A stretch of DNA of 64,000 nt, from positions 15,485 through 79,484 of the forward strand of contig CAZUBK010000004.1 of the NCBI GenBank assembly GCA_964618725.1, read 5' to 3'. The translations under genes and the position numbers were made by a program. The DNA is from an uncultured Pseudomonadales bacterium (GTDB lineage: Bacteria; Patescibacteriota; Microgenomatia; UBA1400; Chazhemtobacteraceae). Under the pieces are notes generated by a model that was given only the letters and a program-made list of their open reading frames with translations, did not search any database and was not told the DNA's origin. Below, in pieces: positions 55,623 through 64,000 of this stretch. How positions within the stretch are numbered: position 1 is the stretch's first letter; every line of letters starts with the position of its first letter.

Positions 55623-58298
55623 ATGAAAAAGTATCTGCCACACTTCATCGTCGCTTCCATCTTCTATTTTATTTTCTCCATCATCTGGCTCACAAGTCAC
55701 AGTACCGCCTTACTTCCCTCCGGCTTAATCGCCCTTGGCGTTTATGTTTTTATGACACTCATCGTCTTTTTTGTCGTCCCTTCCTTGCATTCAGCCGAAA
55801 AGGGATCAAATCCAAACCGGCTAAGCAAACTCTTCTTTGGTAATTCTTCCCCTAGGAAGGAAGTAACTCCCGAAATAAGTATCGAAGTCGACGCCCAAGA
55901 AAGTTACCGTAAACAAGCCCGCATTGACGGTCTCAAACGAGACGCTGCCAAAATTCAAGACCGCCTCCTTCGACTCGGAGCCGTAATTGGTATTGCTCTG
56001 GTCGTCTACGTCGTCTTTATGAATCTTGTTTTTGGTCTCACCCCTATCGAAGTCTATTTTATCGCTTGGCCTCTTGTCGCCGTCTTGTGGTTGATACAGA
56101 TTGTCTTCTTCCCCAAATGGCTCACCTATACTTCTTTCCTCGTTTTTTGCGGACTCAGGTTTGGCATCGAGACAATTGGACCTCAAGTCCTCATGTATCT
56201 GCCCAACTTCATTATGCTCCCCTTCTTTTATTTAATGATGATGTTCTTCATGTTTGGCTCAATCATGATTCCTAATCTGCAACAGATTAAGTACTTCCGA
56301 CCCGGAGAAGGCAACTGGGAAGTGCCGAAAGGTTCTACCAGGGGCCAGTTCTTGGCTCGCGCCATGATCGAGACCCAAATCGATCGTTTCGTTCGTTATG
56401 CTAAAGGTCTTTCCGACCGTAAGCCGACGCGCGGCATGATCTTTGAAGGTCCTCCAGGGACCGGTAAAACGCTTTACGCCAAAGAGATCGCCACGGAGCT
56501 TGAGCTCCCGGTTGTGATCGCTGATGCTTCAGCATTTAACGCTCCCTTTATGGGCTTCGGCCAGCTTATTCCCCTCATCGTTCGTCACATTACCGAGGGC
56601 ATGGCCCGCGAGTTCGGTGGCGCCATCGTCTTTATTGACGAAGGCGAAATCCTCTTCGGTGCCCGTTCCGGTATGCAGCAGCAACAAAACCAGAGTCAGC
56701 GCGATGTCGACCTTTGGGACGTCCTCGACTGGCAAAATGGCGATCAGGTCTTTGACCTTCCCCATATTCGCACCCGTCTTTGGAACGAACAACAAATGTT
56801 TGCGGCTGCAGAAGTGCCGCCGCCAACGAGTGGGAAACACAACCTCTTTATGATGCCGGGTGGTGGTGGCGCTAGCGTCGCTATTTACCCCTTCTTAACC
56901 TGGATGAGCGGTACTAACTCGCCCCCCTTTATACAGCGCTTCATTCGTAGTCGGGTGAACACTCTGTTGTCCGCCCTCTTCATTCCCGTCACTGCCTTCG
57001 GTAAAACACTACGTCTACCCCCAGGCAAGCCTGTGGAAAGTAACGTTATGTTCATCACCGCCACCAACCGTTTCTTTATGTTCGACCCGGCCATGATTCG
57101 ACCTGGCCGATTCGGCATCGTCGCTAACTTCGTCAATCCAGACGAAGACGAGCGCGCCGACATCGCCAAGTTCTATCTCACCCGTTGGCACAAAAAGGGA
57201 TATTTCCAAGACGACCTAATCAGCTCGGAACGCATCCGTGAGTTCGCGCAAGCGACCCCCAATGCCTCCCCGGCCGAAATCGAGCAGATGATCGAAGAAG
57301 CAGTTGACGTCCGCGTCCAGCATGTTGCCGAGCTTCGCCGTCTCAAGCGCTACGCCGATGAAGGCAAACTTGATGAACTGCTTAAACGAGAAAAAAAGTT
57401 CTGGTTACGTTTCAAGAGCACCGTCTATGACACACGGGGACAAGAAATCACCGGCTGGGACGACGAACGAGTCGACTGGCAAGCGCTGATGGAGACCCGA
57501 AGTGCCATTAGTTTTGGCCGTGCCAATCCCGAAGCGACCAACGAGTCTACCCGACGAAATGTCGGCTTCCACGAATTCGGTCACTTCATTGCTCTAAAGA
57601 AATTTAACGGCAAACACATCAAGCCTACTCTGCTTACAGTTATCCCTCGTCGGGGAAGTTTAGGTATGGTGGCTCACATCCCTCACGATACTCGTGAGAT
57701 GCACATCCAAGAATATTATGAAGGTCTCATTCGTACTTCGGTGGCCTCTTGGGTAACCGAACACTACTTCTTTGGTCAAAACATGCCCGGTGTCACCGGA
57801 GATCTTAGAAACGCTACCAACGTTGCTGCCCTCATGGTCAGCAAATTCGGTATGCCCGTCTATAATCATACGGAAGCCGAGGGCGAGTATTTCGCCAAGA
57901 TTGGTGATATCCTCATCTCCGAACCCGAATCGAACATGTTCAATCCAACCGCTACCGCCATGGTAGAAAGTGCCCTTAGGACTAAACGTAAATCCGTCGA
58001 AATCGTCCTTGGTATGGCTGCAGTTGATTGCTATCGTCTCATCAGAAAAAACCAGAATCTCTTCCTTGAAGTCATTCCCGAATTTCTTGAGCTCGACGAG
58101 TTCTCCGGGAACAAGCTTGCCGATCTTTGGCAGCGACTTGAAACCGAGCTTGTCTCTCTCGAAGATATGAGTGAAACTGACCAACAGGTCCTCCCTCCTC
58201 ACTCCTTCGCGGTCAGCAATCCCTTCTATGGTCGTAGTCGCGCCGAAGGCGCCGATGTCTACGAACAGGTTAAAGCCATCACTGGAGTCGGCAAATGA
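55623..58298 (+). CDS. FtsH-like membrane AAA+ ATPase with M41-type zinc peptidase motif; atypical multi-TM N-terminus
   Basis: 891 aa. About 250 aa of polytopic N-terminus, Walker A GPPGTGKT, SRH-like FDPAMIRPGRFG, and HEFGHF (HExxH). Confidence 0.7.
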   Translation: MKKYLPHFIVASIFYFIFSIIWLTSHSTALLPSGLIALGVYVFMTLIVFFVVPSLHSAEKGSNPNRLSKLFFGNSSPRKEVTPEISIEVDAQESYRKQARIDGLKRDAAKIQDRLLRLGAVIGIALVVYVVFMNLVFGLTPIEVYFIAWPLVAVLWLIQIVFFPKWLTYTSFLVFCGLRFGIETIGPQVLMYLPNFIMLPFFYLMMMFFMFGSIMIPNLQQIKYFRPGEGNWEVPKGSTRGQFLARAMIETQIDRFVRYAKGLSDRKPTRGMIFEGPPGTGKTLYAKEIATELELPVVIADASAFNAPFMGFGQLIPLIVRHITEGMAREFGGAIVFIDEGEILFGARSGMQQQQNQSQRDVDLWDVLDWQNGDQVFDLPHIRTRLWNEQQMFAAAEVPPPTSGKHNLFMMPGGGGASVAIYPFLTWMSGTNSPPFIQRFIRSRVNTLLSALFIPVTAFGKTLRLPPGKPVESNVMFITATNRFFMFDPAMIRPGRFGIVANFVNPDEDERADIAKFYLTRWHKKGYFQDDLISSERIREFAQATPNASPAEIEQMIEEAVDVRVQHVAELRRLKRYADEGKLDELLKREKKFWLRFKSTVYDTRGQEITGWDDERVDWQALMETRSAISFGRANPEATNESTRRNVGFHEFGHFIALKKFNGKHIKPTLLTVIPRRGSLGMVAHIPHDTREMHIQEYYEGLIRTSVASWVTEHYFFGQNMPGVTGDLRNATNVAALMVSKFGMPVYNHTEAEGEYFAKIGDILISEPESNMFNPTATAMVESALRTKRKSVEIVLGMAAVDCYRLIRKNQNLFLEVIPEFLELDEFSGNKLADLWQRLETELVSLEDMSETDQQVLPPHSFAVSNPFYGRSRAEGADVYEQVKAITGVGK

Positions 58299-58903
58299 AG
58301 AAATTCAAAATCCCAATGAGGTTTATTCTAAACATCGCCGCCACTCTTCTTCTTGTCGCCATTCTTTTCTTGGCCTTTAAGTTCTATAACCCGAGTGGGA
58401 TCGCCACGATTGGCGATTCCCCTCCTCTCACCACTTTGGAACTTCTTGATGTTCAAGTTAAAGATAGTCCGGCGACAATCGTCACTATATCCGCCAATCT
58501 CCCGGCAAAAGGCCCAACCAGTCAAGCCGTCGCCGCTGACATCCTCAGCAGTTACAACTGGTCCAGGCAGTACTTTAGGCCATACAAGTGTGGCCCAGAA
58601 TACCCTGCCAGCCTTTGCCGTATTGGAGTAACCCAAATCATCATTTTTTCCACACAAGAAGGTGCCTGCTGGAACCCACCCAACGTCAAACCCTGCCAGG
58701 TCCAGATAGCCTCGGTCATCTTCTGGTTGGATCAAACTTACGTCGAAAGGCTGCCCTTTGGGGAGCCTCTCACCATCGAAGAACTAATTTACTTCCACCA
58801 ACAGGTGGCCCAAGAGACCATTGATCCCCGTAGTGGCAAACCGACAGGTGGCAACTTTGCCCAGCTTGAATCTGATCCCCGTTTATTTGTCTTATCTAAA
58901 TGA
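58295..58903 (+). CDS. hypothetical membrane-anchored extracytoplasmic protein, co-transcribed with the FtsH-like gene
   Basis: ATGA overlap with the FtsH-like stop. N-terminal TM segment. Four Cys in the soluble domain. Confidence 0.5.
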   Translation: MKKFKIPMRFILNIAATLLLVAILFLAFKFYNPSGIATIGDSPPLTTLELLDVQVKDSPATIVTISANLPAKGPTSQAVAADILSSYNWSRQYFRPYKCGPEYPASLCRIGVTQIIIFSTQEGACWNPPNVKPCQVQIASVIFWLDQTYVERLPFGEPLTIEELIYFHQQVAQETIDPRSGKPTGGNFAQLESDPRLFVLSK

Positions 58904-58908
58904 CTTCT

Positions 58909-58933
58909 GACCCCGCCTTGCGGGGTCTTTTTC
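58909..58933. terminator. bidirectional terminator (GACCCCGC-cttg-CGGGGTC + T5)
   Basis: Lies between convergent genes. Confidence 0.6.
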
Positions 58934-58934
58934 A

Positions 58935-59570
58935 TTATCTCCCCATCCTTGCCCCTACAACCCTCCACAATTGCCTTAAAAAGCTCTCTTGTATCAAGAT
59001 CTGGTCTAACTGCCCATTTAGCACTATCCGTCTCTCATTTGCCATCACCTTGTCGATTGCCTCCTCACTCCACTCACTTCTCCCTGCTGCCCGTCTAAAT
59101 CTCTCTACCCCGTGATCACTCGACTTCACCTCGATAAATACACTCTTAATTCCTAGATAGCCCAAGATCTGGAGTTCAAGCAAAAGAGCCGCCGCCAACA
59201 ACTCGCCTTCCTGATTCCATACCCACTCCAATATCTGCTCCTGTTCTGCTTTCCCGTCTTCAGTAAAAACCGTCTTTACCCCACTCCTAAAACTAATCTC
59301 CAAGTCTTTTCCCTGCCTGTCTTCTGCCCCCCATCTCACACATTCTCTAATTTTCTCGATCCCCATAAGCAAAGAGACTGCCTCAATTACATTCGATAGC
59401 GACGTCTCTCCCCTTTTCTCCGCTCTTAGTCCGGGTGCCGCAATCTTAAGTAATCGTTCATCTGCTTCCTCCGCCGTTACCCCCGGATCTTCTGAGATCA
59501 TCTCCAACCTCCTCATTAGATTCTTGGCATTTTTTCTTGGCTGGTTACCTTCTCTCTCTGCTTTATTCAC
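58935..59570 (-). CDS. hypothetical protein, 211 aa
   Basis: ORF from the track. Confidence 0.45.
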   Translation of the reverse strand: MNKAEREGNQPRKNAKNLMRRLEMISEDPGVTAEEADERLLKIAAPGLRAEKRGETSLSNVIEAVSLLMGIEKIRECVRWGAEDRQGKDLEISFRSGVKTVFTEDGKAEQEQILEWVWNQEGELLAAALLLELQILGYLGIKSVFIEVKSSDHGVERFRRAAGRSEWSEEAIDKVMANERRIVLNGQLDQILIQESFLRQLWRVVGARMGR

Positions 59571-59811
59571 CCCAACATTTTATCAAATCCCAAACACCCT
59601 ACAAAAAGCGGACTTTAAGAGCAGTTTCCCCTGGATTCCAGGTGGGGTGAGCTGTCCCACATTCCAAAGAACGTGAGAACGAAAGCTCCCCTTAAAACTT
59701 AGCTTGTGGAGGAAAAAGTCTCCTAAAGCTTGTCGCGTCTGTAGGGCTATACCTAGTATATCAAGCGATGCAACACTTGACTCAACATTACAAAAACATT
59801 ATCATCCCATT

Positions 59812-60093
59812 ATGAGTAAAACTATCTTTCAAGTTCCAATCGATAAGGATCTCCGTGACCAAGCAGTCGAAATGGCCCTAGCTTCCGGCTTCTCTTCCCT
59901 TCAGGAACCGGTTCGACTCTTCATCCGCCAATTTACCACCGGTGATCTCAAGATCAAGTTTGAATCAAAGATACAACTCTCCCCCAAGGCAATTAGACGC
60001 TACGACAGGATAACAGAAGATTTCAAAACCAATAAAAACATTTTTACTGTCCACGGCGTTGAGGAATTAATGAAGCACCTCAATCATTTGTGA
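59812..60093 (+). CDS. DinJ/RelB-family antitoxin-like protein
   Basis: MSKTIFQVPIDKDLRDQAVEMALASGFSSLQEPVRLFIRQF is a ribbon-helix-helix DinJ-like N-terminus. Start at the internal ATG of track ORF 59704..60093. Confidence 0.55.
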   Translation: MSKTIFQVPIDKDLRDQAVEMALASGFSSLQEPVRLFIRQFTTGDLKIKFESKIQLSPKAIRRYDRITEDFKTNKNIFTVHGVEELMKHLNHL

Positions 60094-60100
60094 TCAACCA

Positions 60101-60364
60101 ATGGAACTTGTATATCACAAGAATTTTATCGCAAATCTAAACAAAAGAGTCCGTCCAAACTCAAAATTACTCAAACGCTTCCAGAACCGTCTGCAAGAAT
60201 TTATTGCCAATCCCAATAATGCCGTACTCAAAAATCATGCACTGACTGGAAGCAAAAAAGGGTTACATTCTTTTTCTGTCAATGGTGATGTTCGTGTTAT
60301 TTATCGATGTTACAAAAACAAAATCGAGCTATACGATATCGGCTCTCACAATCAGGTCTATTAA
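60101..60364 (+). CDS. YafQ/RelE-family mRNA interferase toxin
   Basis: 87 aa. ...LKNHALTGSKKGLHSFSVNGDVRVIYRCYKNKIELYDIGSHNQVY has the RelE/YafQ fold signature. Confidence 0.65.
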   Translation: MELVYHKNFIANLNKRVRPNSKLLKRFQNRLQEFIANPNNAVLKNHALTGSKKGLHSFSVNGDVRVIYRCYKNKIELYDIGSHNQVY

Positions 60365-60557
60365 CTACCACTCCATCCAACCTTCAGTTGCACTGTTCTC
60401 CACAAATCCATCAATCTATTTACTTGTATATCGATCTAGCAAGTAGTATAGCTCCGCACTGACCTTGAAAATGGCGAAACTGGTAACCTCTTCATTTTTC
60501 TCCCCTCAGGATGTAAAATAGTCCCATAACGCACTTTTCAAAATACGGAGGACTCAT

Positions 60558-61088
60558 ATGCCCCTATCACAATTGTCCGATTTGAAAACGGACATTCACC
60601 GAGACTTTCAGCAGATACTTTGCCTTCACCTGCGACACTATCGCACACTCACCCAAGTCATCGACCTGAGTACCGATCTCTCTCGATACGGCAACAATCA
60701 AGAAAACCGCCAGGACCTACTTAGCTCTATTAGTCGCTTCCAGGGACAACTCGCCTCTGAGGTAACCACAACCTACGCCCTCACTAAGGCTCTAACCGAC
60801 TACATTACTACTCTGCAAAACGCCCCACATTTTCGACCGGAAATCATTGGTGTCTTGGCCGTCCTACGCCGCTCCCTAGACGAACGAGCTGGCCACCTAG
60901 CCAGACTGGTCTTCGCTCTCAATCCAGTCTACTTCACGCTTGGTTTCTCCTCGACCGAGTTCGATCATGCTAAAGAATATTTCTCTCAACTTGCGGCCTC
61001 AAACAGCGAGGACACAGAAAGGCTCTACGACAGCTTACTCATCCTCAATGATCTTTTCGATCTGTCGTCTCCTCTTGGTTTGAATTAG
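60558..61088 (+). CDS. hypothetical protein, 176 aa
   Basis: ORF from the track, with a GGAGGA RBS. Confidence 0.45.
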   Translation: MPLSQLSDLKTDIHRDFQQILCLHLRHYRTLTQVIDLSTDLSRYGNNQENRQDLLSSISRFQGQLASEVTTTYALTKALTDYITTLQNAPHFRPEIIGVLAVLRRSLDERAGHLARLVFALNPVYFTLGFSSTEFDHAKEYFSQLAASNSEDTERLYDSLLILNDLFDLSSPLGLN

Positions 61089-61094
61089 CTTTCC

Positions 61095-61126
61095 CTGACC
61101 GCTCTCCCAAGCGGTCAGTTTCATTT
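61095..61126 (+). terminator. terminator hairpin (CTGACCGC-tctcccaa-GCGGTCAG + TTT)
   Basis: 8-bp stem. A second hairpin, CCCGC-ttaaa-GCGGG, lies at 61135-61150. Confidence 0.5.
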
Positions 61127-61178
61127 CCACCAATCCCGCTTAAAGCGGGGTGCTTTCTTACATGATAAAATCAGCTCT

Positions 61179-61400
61179 ATGACTTCTGATAAGCAAACTC
61201 CAAAAAAGCGGGCAGGCTCATATATTCTTGCTTTTTTCCATGCAGTTAAGGTAGAATTAGCTTTGACAAATTGGCCAACCCGTCAAGAGACGACTAGGCT
61301 GACTCTTGTCATCATCATCGCCACCGCTCTGATTGGTATGTACATCGGCGGCCTTGACCTTATATTTACTAATCTATTAACCAAGCTACTCACCAAATAA
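61179..61400 (+). CDS. secE: preprotein translocase subunit SecE
   Basis: 73 aa. KVELALTNWPTRQETTRLTLVIIIATALIGMYIGGLDLIF is the SecE TM-helix signature. nusG follows. Confidence 0.65.
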   Translation: MTSDKQTPKKRAGSYILAFFHAVKVELALTNWPTRQETTRLTLVIIIATALIGMYIGGLDLIFTNLLTKLLTK

Positions 61401-61421
61401 CCCGTCTCTAGCTAAAGTCAC

Positions 61422-62063
61422 ATGGCTAAAAAAACTCAAACCGATCCCGTTGTAGAAGAAACCCAAATCGTCAATAGTGATGATATTCAAAACGTAACTG
61501 ATTCCGATAATCATATCATCATCTCCGATACACCCAATCCCCGCTCCCATTGGTATGTCGTCCACACTTATGCTGCTCAAGAAAGCCGCACCGCGCATAC
61601 CCTAAAACAAAAAGTCGAAACACTCGGTCTGACTGAGTTTGTTAAAGAGATCCTCATCCCCACCCAAGAAAAAATCAAAATTGCCAAAGGCCGCAAATCT
61701 ACAATCAAAGAGAAGATCTTCCCCGGCTATCTACTTCTTCGCATGGAAGTCACTGATACCTCTTGGCTGGCTGTTCGTACTACTCAAGGAGTAACTGGTT
61801 TCGTTGGTATTGGCAACAAACCTACTCGTCTGCCCGATTCCGAAGTCGAAGCCATTAAACAGTTCATCGTCCAAAAAGCTCCCAAGTTCCAATCCACTTT
61901 TACTGTAGGAGAAGCCGTCAAGATCGTCGAAGGCCCCTTTGCGGATATGTTAGGTAGCGTCAACAAACTCGACGAAGACAAGGGTAAAATCACCGTTCTC
62001 GTCTCCATGTTCGGTCGGGAGATCCCCGTCGAGCTCGACTTCCTCCAGGTCGCAAAAATTTAG
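61422..62063 (+). CDS. nusG: transcription termination/antitermination factor NusG
   Basis: NGN domain (HWYVVHTYAAQE) and C-terminal KOW (GEAVKIVEGPFADMLGSVNKLD). Confidence 0.8.
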   Translation: MAKKTQTDPVVEETQIVNSDDIQNVTDSDNHIIISDTPNPRSHWYVVHTYAAQESRTAHTLKQKVETLGLTEFVKEILIPTQEKIKIAKGRKSTIKEKIFPGYLLLRMEVTDTSWLAVRTTQGVTGFVGIGNKPTRLPDSEVEAIKQFIVQKAPKFQSTFTVGEAVKIVEGPFADMLGSVNKLDEDKGKITVLVSMFGREIPVELDFLQVAKI

Positions 62064-62073
62064 CCAATTTTTA

Positions 62074-62098
62074 AGATCCTGAGCTTCAGCGAATGGGT
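62074..62098 (+). repeat. solo unit of the GATC repeat family (AGATCCTGAGCTTCAGCGAATGGGT)
   Basis: Matches the units of the arrays at 10924-11100 and 41062-41171. It lies immediately after the nusG stop. Confidence 0.8.
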
Positions 62099-62142
62099 GG
62101 CGAAAGTCGTGGTACAATGCGTCCACCTACAGGAGGTGAACC

Positions 62143-62445
62143 TTGTCAGACCAAGAAAACGAAAACAAAAAGGGTAATCAACTACCCGAGGTCGAAATCC
62201 TTACAGGATCGATCGACTACATCCAAAACGAAAGCGATCGCCGTCTTTGTCCCAACTCCCCAATTCGCCTACGCCGTCTTCAACTCAAGCAAGAATATGA
62301 ACAACAACTGAGCAAGCTCCAAGAAGACTGCACCCACCCCCTGGCCTACCAAGTCTGGTCCTCCTGGTCCTTTATGGACCCCGACTACGACTCCGGTGAC
62401 CGCTATTGCCCCGAATGCGGCAAAAGCTACCACATCAATCCCTGA
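62143..62445 (+). CDS. small coiled-coil plus C-terminal zinc-ribbon protein; paralog of 47633..47845
   Basis: TTG start 5 nt after an AGGAGGTG RBS. TGGTACAAT extended -10 at 62109-62117. C-terminal ...CTHP...CPECGKSYH. Confidence 0.45.
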   Translation: MSDQENENKKGNQLPEVEILTGSIDYIQNESDRRLCPNSPIRLRRLQLKQEYEQQLSKLQEDCTHPLAYQVWSSWSFMDPDYDSGDRYCPECGKSYHINP

Positions 62446-62475
62446 AACCCCTTCACAACCAGCCATCCTCCCCGG

Positions 62476-62913
62476 ATGGCTTTTCCTTTCTTCCAATTTG
62501 CTACTATTAGTTCAATGTCCGACACTAAAACTACTCTTCTGGCCTCTCTTCCTCTCCTTTTCATCGTCACCACCCTTATCGCCGCCCTTATCATCCTTCC
62601 CAAAACTGATCTTGATATCCGCGACAAAGCTGCCGAACCAAGAATCAGCTCGCCTTCATCACTACTCCCTACTCCTACTCCCAATTTAGCTCCGGATTAT
62701 CAACTCGAACCAGAAACTGCTTGCACTGCCCTTTACGACCCTGTTTGTGGCATCGACAATCAAACGTACCCAAATGGATGCGAGGCCTTAAAGAAAGGTG
62801 TCAGAATCGCATACAACACAGCCTGCACTTCTCCTTCCAGTTCACGCCCCACCTTTTTCAATCGATCCGCCACTCCTACTCCTACTCTCTCCAATCTCCC
62901 CAGTGCCTATTAA
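62476..62913 (+). CDS. membrane-anchored Kazal-like domain protein (atypical four-Cys Kazal)
   Basis: N-terminal TM segment, then C-TALYDPV-C-GIDNQTY-PNG-C-x14-C. This matches Kazal C2-x7-C3-x6-Y-x3-C4...C6. C1 and C5, one disulfide pair, are absent. Confidence 0.55.
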   Translation: MAFPFFQFATISSMSDTKTTLLASLPLLFIVTTLIAALIILPKTDLDIRDKAAEPRISSPSSLLPTPTPNLAPDYQLEPETACTALYDPVCGIDNQTYPNGCEALKKGVRIAYNTACTSPSSSRPTFFNRSATPTPTLSNLPSAY

Positions 62914-62975
62914 ACGGTTCCCTTTTTACCCCTTGTGTGATACAATTTCCCTACCACGATGGCTTAGGCCTTTGT

Positions 62976-63095
62976 GGAAGCGCGAACCCAAGTGCGATAT
63001 CAAGACGATAACATAGTTATCGGCGTAGATATAACAGGAAGCACAGGCCATTCATTTCAATAATAAATATTATTGAAAGTCTGCCGAGCAAGCTG
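62976..63095 (+). ncRNA. conserved structured element, copy 2, in the rplK 5' leader (family also at 31313-31436)
   Basis: GGAAGC..AACCC..GATATCAAGAC, hairpin CGATAAC-ata-GTTATCG, GCGTAGATATAACAGGAAGCACAGGCCA, a second hairpin TTCAATAATA..TATTATTGAA, then ..GCCGAGCAAGCT. About 78 nt upstream of the rplK ATG. A TGTGATACAAT extended -10 lies near 62935. Confidence 0.5.
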
Positions 63096-63172
63096 TTAAA
63101 TCATTTTTCTTTTCCTAAATTCTTGGTACGCGCCAACTAAAGATCCATCGGATCTTTCATTTACGTAGACAC

Positions 63173-63598
63173 ATGGCTGCAAAAAAAATCAAAGTCATTC
63201 TCAAACTTAATCTTCAAGCTGGTGCCGCTACTCCAGCCCCTCCCACCGGACCAGCGTTAGGTCAACACGGTGTTCCCATCATGGACTTCGTCAACAAATA
63301 TAACGAAGCCACCAAGGATCTTCGCGGTCAAGTCGTCCCCGCTGTCGTCACTATCTACGAAGACAGATCGTTTACTTTTGTTACCAAACTCGCCCCTGTA
63401 TCAGAGCTAATCAAACAAAAGTTAGGTCTCAAAAAAGGTGCTTCTAACGTCAAAAAAGACGTTGCCGGCACCCTTACTATGGACGCCGTTAAAGAGATTG
63501 CCCAAAGCAAACTCGACGATACCAATGCCTCATCCCTCGACTCAGCCATTAAAATGGTCTTGGGTACCGCTCGCTCAATGGGAATTAGAATTCAATAA
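63173..63598 (+). CDS. rplK: 50S ribosomal protein L11
   Basis: MAAKKIKVILKLNLQAGAATPAPPTGPALGQHGVPIMDFVNKYNEAT is the L11 signature. Confidence 0.85.
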   Translation: MAAKKIKVILKLNLQAGAATPAPPTGPALGQHGVPIMDFVNKYNEATKDLRGQVVPAVVTIYEDRSFTFVTKLAPVSELIKQKLGLKKGASNVKKDVAGTLTMDAVKEIAQSKLDDTNASSLDSAIKMVLGTARSMGIRIQ

Positions 63599-63623
63599 TC
63601 AACAAATATAAACAACTCACGTG

Positions 63624-64000
63624 GGTAAAAAACGCACCGCCACCATTCAAGGAGAAGGAGACAAAAAGAAAAAGGAGATGTTCCGCTGGGAAGAAGCCTA
63701 CAATGACCTCCCCATTCATATCGCCACTTCTCTTCGTGAGGCCCGTGTCAAACCCGACCAACTAAGAAATATGCCCGATGGTGAAGTCCTGGCTATTGAA
63801 GGCGTCCATAGTGGTGACCTTAATGATATCCGAGCCAAGTACTCTCCAGAACTAGCTACTAAGGTCGGTGCCGCTGTTTCAGATCAAACTCAAGAAGTAG
63901 CCTCCACCAAACCAGCTACAACGAATCCAAGATCTAAATATCCACGCCAAATGAGTGGCCGATCTTCCCGCTATAAGGACAAGAAACTTAAAGTAGAGAA
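63624..64000 (+). CDS. partial CDS running off the window end (GTG start); product not recognised as L1
   Basis: Open frame VGKKRTATIQGEGDKKKK... with no stop before position 64000. In the position where rplA would be expected, but the sequence does not resemble L1. Confidence 0.3.

Noticed and set aside
63624-64000. Ribosomal protein L1 (rplA) after rplK
   Set aside because: The open frame VGKKRTATIQGEGDKKKK... does not resemble the L1 N-terminus, and the window ends before a stop. Left as an unassigned partial CDS.

Overview
This 64 kb window looks like a compact, small-genome bacterium, plausibly Patescibacteria/CPR-like. That is an inference from gene content: many short genes, ThyX, type IV pilus genes, and leaderless small ribosomal-protein genes. 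The coding content is mostly housekeeping. Nucleotide metabolism and DNA functions: thyX, dcd, topA, dprA. Cell wall and shape: mrdA, mreD, mreC and mreB in a scrambled arrangement, plus a ddl-like gene and an O-antigen-ligase/TPR protein. Translation: def-fmt, rpmB, rpmG, secE-nusG-rplK, tRNA-Thr (two isoacceptors), tRNA-Tyr and tRNA-Trp. Energy: an F1Fo ATP synthase operon atpF-H-A-G-D-C preceded by gpmI, with no atpB or atpE in the window. A type IV pilus locus: pilB, a pilC-SH3b fusion, four minor pilins and a major pilin, bracketed by a lone response regulator plus a Crp-family regulator on one side and a PAS histidine kinase on the other. There are two type II toxin-antitoxin pairs, secreted TSP3-repeat lipoproteins and beta-helix proteins, an FtsH-like AAA-M41 protease with an upstream leader peptide, and many small hypothetical genes. 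The most unusual non-coding signals are these. (1) A roughly 125-nt element present in two copies, with covariation-supported hairpins, one fused downstream of tRNA-Thr(GGU) and one in the rplK leader. (2) A dispersed GATC-containing 19/28-nt tandem-repeat family in three places, two of them inverted arrays about 30 kb apart in divergent promoter regions. (3) A roughly 50-bp duplication of the mreC 3' end flanking a roughly 560-bp single-gene insert next to a kinase-like 516-aa protein. (4) A GC-rich roughly 300-nt structured region between mrdA and dprA. (5) Two recurring promoter architectures: CTATRGGTTGCAA-N17-TAAAAT, and the extended -10 TGGTAAAAT that drives tRNAs and leaderless rpmB/rpmG. 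No CRISPR array, integrase or transposase was recognised. Hand-derived coordinates for non-CDS features may be off by 1-2 nt.
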